Of a DNA stretch of 64,000 bases, positions 61,901-64,000 are shown piece after piece. Within the stretch, counting starts at the first letter, position 1; the number at the start of each line of letters is the position of its first letter. The notes under the pieces are model-generated. The model was not told the origin of the DNA and searched no databases. It saw only the letters and a program-made list of their open reading frames with translations. Origin of the DNA: Candidatus Delongbacteria bacterium (GTDB lineage Bacteria > CAIWAD01). The position numbers and the translations under genes are program-made. The DNA is taken from contig OY760505.1 in assembly GCA_963663545.1 (NCBI GenBank), positions 2,080,001 to 2,144,000 of the forward strand. The letters run 5' to 3'.

Positions 61901-63371
61901 CATGTTGGCGCCAATGTGGGATGACTTCTACATGGATGCAGAAGGGCAAGTGTACACCAAGTATCTACCAGCAGAAGGTATGTTTGTTGTCGAATGGTAC
62001 AACACGCGCTTCAACGGATACAGTAGCGATCGTAACACATTCCAGATCATTTTGTACGATCCCGTGACACATCCTACTCTCACCGGTGATGGCGAGATCG
62101 TATTCCAGTACTCCGTGTTCAACAACACCCAGTCCAACTCTACTGACTATCCGTCTTGCACAATTGGTATGAAGAACGGTGACTCCACAGATGGACTGAT
62201 GCTGACACATGTAAGTCAGTGGGTGAGTACCGCGACACCGATTTCGGACGGACGCGCGGTCAAGATTACCACGGACATCGGCTACTTCACGGGCATTGAT
62301 CTTGTTGCACCCGTCATTGAACAGCAGCCGCTGGATGTTGCCTACAACTCTGCTCCCCTGGTGATTTCAGCGTCCATTACCGATGCCACAGGCGTCCTGT
62401 CAGCAGAACTTTTCTACAGTGTGGACGGAGGCGAGTACGAAACCCTGACGATGGGTTGGCAGGGGGGAAGCATGTATTCCGCCCAGCTCCCACGATTGGG
62501 CGGTGGCAGCGTGCTCGAGTATCACATCGTTGCTGTGGACGCAAGTGACGAGCACAACGAGCGTGTTACAACTACACGTACCATTCAGGTGTATTACAAC
62601 CTTGGCCAGTACGAGATGGGTGGCATTGACGGGTGGACGCATACTGACGGCCCGGGGCGAACCGATGAATGGCATCTGGAGTCGGCGCGCTATCATAGCG
62701 CAGGAACATCCTGGAAATTCGGCGGCTCGGGGCTAGACGACTACGGTAGCAGCTCCGGCGGAGTTTTAACCAGTCCCGTGATCAACATTCCCTCAGGCGC
62801 AACGGATCTGCAACTCAGCTTCTGGAGCTGGATCAACGCGGAGACTTCCTCTTACTATCCCGATTCGTGTTACGATGGTGGTGTTGTGGAGGTAAGTTTG
62901 AACGGTGGCGAGTGGGAGCCTGTAACACCGACCTCGGGTTATTCCAAGTTCCTGCGCGAGCGCTCGGCACTCAGCGACTGGTTCGGATTCCCGCGTCCCA
63001 TGTTTGCGGGAGCAGAAGAGTGGACACCCTACATCTTCCCGCTCGGTGATACTGTTGCGGCTTTGCAGGTGCGTTTCATGTTTGGTAGTGATGGCGCGGT
63101 CCAGCATGAGGGCTGGTACATTGACGACCTGCGTATCACGAGTTTGGGGGAGATCGCTGCTCCGGACCCGGTTATGCTAAGCATCAATGTGCTTCCCAAT
63201 GGGCAGATAGAGCTGGACTGGGACGAGTCTGAGTTTGCCGTCGTCTACCATGTGTATGCAAGTAGTAACGCGTATTCAGGCTATGAACTGATTGCGACAA
63301 CCGAAGAACCGGGCTACACAATTTCCCATGGAAGTGGCTGGTCCTTCTTCATGGTCAAGGCACTGAACTAG
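58914..63371 (+). CDS. Giant C25 (gingipain-like) protein 2, tandem paralog
   Basis: Same core motifs (WKRSKG, FGD, VGRIS, NYRG...TCGTG, NLMGDP), plus a C-terminal DGG.VEVS..GG.W...GWYIDD beta-sandwich. Confidence 0.9.
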   Translation: MKTMLSTLLLAGLMGLPAMAAVSGRANAACESVNGDIVFEFPVAELGRVTMQDQDWTTISMEGCNTSTVPGEPEVPLIGRFVQIPDQSDVRFVLVEAEYEDFDLNAPLLPQLERVHSEAELPLPFLFNEAAYHSSQYPAEVWECDDPVLLRNNRLVKLVVHPAQIREEGATLRIYSRLVLRPVFEGVNPINQRTRRIQSSGTSLVRAVEQQIVNRDVSHDGAMRDLFDARVLPGNYLFIAYDETITGDAVFNTFVDWKRSKGHHVDIATSSEIGSMTNSSIKSYIQNAYFNWEYTPEFVVLFGDAESYASEFSIPAGPGGSYDGQQDHYYACVDGTDALADIVVGRISIENINQMRTVLRKTMYYEQTPTGNGIGDAWMSHAALSVGYDAFSMIQQSRSIAIDLVEHGYDVIDTTWSSSLEWVNARFNEGISIYNYRGWVGMNGVDASSVDNDSYFNNSYRTPVTVIFTCGTGNFNQSYSTTEAFLRKGDVVDFKGGVCAMGFCTSDTHTAYNNAVVGGFFYGALDFNIPQVGTDMFMGKYHLYLALAPGDSNAEVFANRANLMGDPGMDIWLGRPDVLSVDCASGISLGSEYFDVGVEAQGGALADAVVCLYDADTGFQVRCITDASGRAVLPLDGLSAGDVTLTVSKPQFLVVQQELSVTQAQSAVAVTASGIQGDGIALPGETVALRPVLENIGSLSTLTSVSGAITVDPAWGVATTSTANWANLVPGASAASSTSFVIQLTDELFSGQELMIPLHITSAQGSFDTIIPVCVTAPVMLLTDIEFVPGGGAMLSGVACQADLTLANTGDYDASGLSFTLVDADYFVDVLQGTSSLSELAVGASGSVSFELFAEEAYAGYTAEMQLNWSTSEGICGSLPVQFTLGYESSESPTGPDRYGYRIYEDTDANTESPHYDWIEIAPSAGGSGTLVPLTDNGDEQDDAVLMNLPFDFVFYGESFDQVGICSNGFIAFGPLAHMETDFRNHNLPCGMGPDYMLAPMWDDFYMDAEGQVYTKYLPAEGMFVVEWYNTRFNGYSSDRNTFQIILYDPVTHPTLTGDGEIVFQYSVFNNTQSNSTDYPSCTIGMKNGDSTDGLMLTHVSQWVSTATPISDGRAVKITTDIGYFTGIDLVAPVIEQQPLDVAYNSAPLVISASITDATGVLSAELFYSVDGGEYETLTMGWQGGSMYSAQLPRLGGGSVLEYHIVAVDASDEHNERVTTTRTIQVYYNLGQYEMGGIDGWTHTDGPGRTDEWHLESARYHSAGTSWKFGGSGLDDYGSSSGGVLTSPVINIPSGATDLQLSFWSWINAETSSYYPDSCYDGGVVEVSLNGGEWEPVTPTSGYSKFLRERSALSDWFGFPRPMFAGAEEWTPYIFPLGDTVAALQVRFMFGSDGAVQHEGWYIDDLRITSLGEIAAPDPVMLSINVLPNGQIELDWDESEFAVVYHVYASSNAYSGYELIATTEEPGYTISHGSGWSFFMVKALN

Positions 63372-63389
63372 TAGATCTTTGTGTGTTAC

Positions 63390-63425
63390 AAGGGCGGGAG
63401 TGTCTCAGGATGCTTCCGCCCTTTT
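63390..63425. terminator. Hairpin between convergent genes
   Basis: AAGGGCGGGAG...CTTCCGCCCTT-TT, overlapping the symporter stop codon. Confidence 0.6.
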
Positions 63426-64000
63426 CTGCTTATAGTGTATCACAACACCAAAGAGTAGTACCAGTGAGGATACGGGAAGTGCAGCGTAGAGTGGGTCCAG
63501 GCCAAACGGATAGACAGGCCAGCCCCCCTGTGCATGTAGCCAGCCTAGCACTTGCCAGGAAAGGGAAACCGTTGCACCGGAAATCATCGAGAACAAGCCG
63601 AAGAGGTGGCCGGGGTATGTGTCACGGCTCAGGAAGGAGTGTAGCAGAACCGGTAACAGCACAGGAATTCCAAGCTGTGCAATCGTCAGCCATAGCTCTA
63701 CAATGCTGCGCATCCACCAGATCATGACAGCGGCCAGAATCGAAGCTACTAGAAGACCCATTCGAGTGACCCGACGCACCCGATCGCGATCGCGTAGCCC
63801 TAACAGGTCACGTGCGATAGTTGACCCGCTGAGGAAACAGAAGCTATCCAGAGTACTCAGTACCGTCGCCAGCATGCTTCCGTAGAACACACCTTGTATT
63901 ACGGGGGGGAGAATTCCAGCCAACGCTGGATACGCATCTGCTGGATTCGCGAGATTTGGCAATAGGGCACGCGCATACAAGCCGGTGAAGGTTGTCAGCG
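63405..64000 (-). CDS. Sodium:solute symporter family protein (3' part; begins beyond the window)
   Basis: LPPVIQG.FY..MLA..LSTLDS......TIARD motif in a multi-TM protein. Confidence 0.8.
   Translation of the reverse strand, partial: LTTFTGLYARALLPNLANPADAYPALAGILPPVIQGVFYGSMLATVLSTLDSFCFLSGSTIARDLLGLRDRDRVRRVTRMGLLVASILAAVMIWWMRSIVELWLTIAQLGIPVLLPVLLHSFLSRDTYPGHLFGLFSMISGATVSLSWQVLGWLHAQGGWPVYPFGLDPLYAALPVSSLVLLFGVVIHYKQKRAEAS

Larger units (their letters stand above)
437..63902. repeat. Highly iterated degenerate palindrome GTRWYAC (often TGTGATACA/TGTATCACA) dispersed through the window
   Basis: About 230 copies by hand count, for example at 437, 690, 736, 1093, 1297, 1511, 1562, 1749, 2042, 2058, 2115 ... 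63383, 63437, 63619. About 26 would be expected at roughly 57% GC. Confidence 0.9.

Noticed and set aside
437..63902. Iterated motif as CRISPR repeats, REP elements or CRP boxes
   Set aside because: It is only 7-9 bp, irregularly spaced and mostly intragenic. It has no spacer periodicity and no TGTGA-N6-TCACA arrangement.

Overview
GC-rich bacterial chromosomal DNA with about 40 densely packed genes. No rRNA, tRNA, CRISPR array, transposase, integrase or phage gene was recognised. The PNPFNP-type T9SS/FlgD-like C-terminal domain, the gingipain-like C25 proteins and the hcp gene point to an anaerobic or facultative member of the FCB superphylum, probably outside Bacteroidota (inference). In order, the window holds: a partial CTD-bearing secreted protein; spmB/spmA and a CDF transporter; a long plus-strand run (pepN, dCMP deaminase, DTW protein, transglutaminase-like lipoprotein, nitroreductase, MenA-like prenyltransferase, TPR protein, MsrBA, two DinB-like proteins, a HEPN-like protein); hcp with an FNR-type box, divergent from two sensor kinases; a proline/sarcosine-dehydrogenase-like Fe-S flavoprotein pair; a microprotein-ROK-ppx-ppk1 operon; recC-recB-recD; a TetR-TolC-MFP-RND efflux operon; panD; an M14 carboxypeptidase; a Nudix hydrolase; two tandem giant C25 proteins; and a partial sodium:solute symporter. 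The strongest unexplained signal is in the DNA itself. A degenerate palindrome, GTRWYAC (often TGTGATACA/TGTATCACA), occurs about 230 times by hand count, roughly once per 280 bp and about 9-fold above a composition-based expectation. It shows no strand bias, sits inside genes in several reading frames and directly abuts several terminators. Other leads are a shared non-T9SS C-terminal domain on four secreted proteins, an unannotated Lys/Cys-rich 44-aa microprotein heading the polyphosphate operon, and C25 peptidases that lack the catalytic His.
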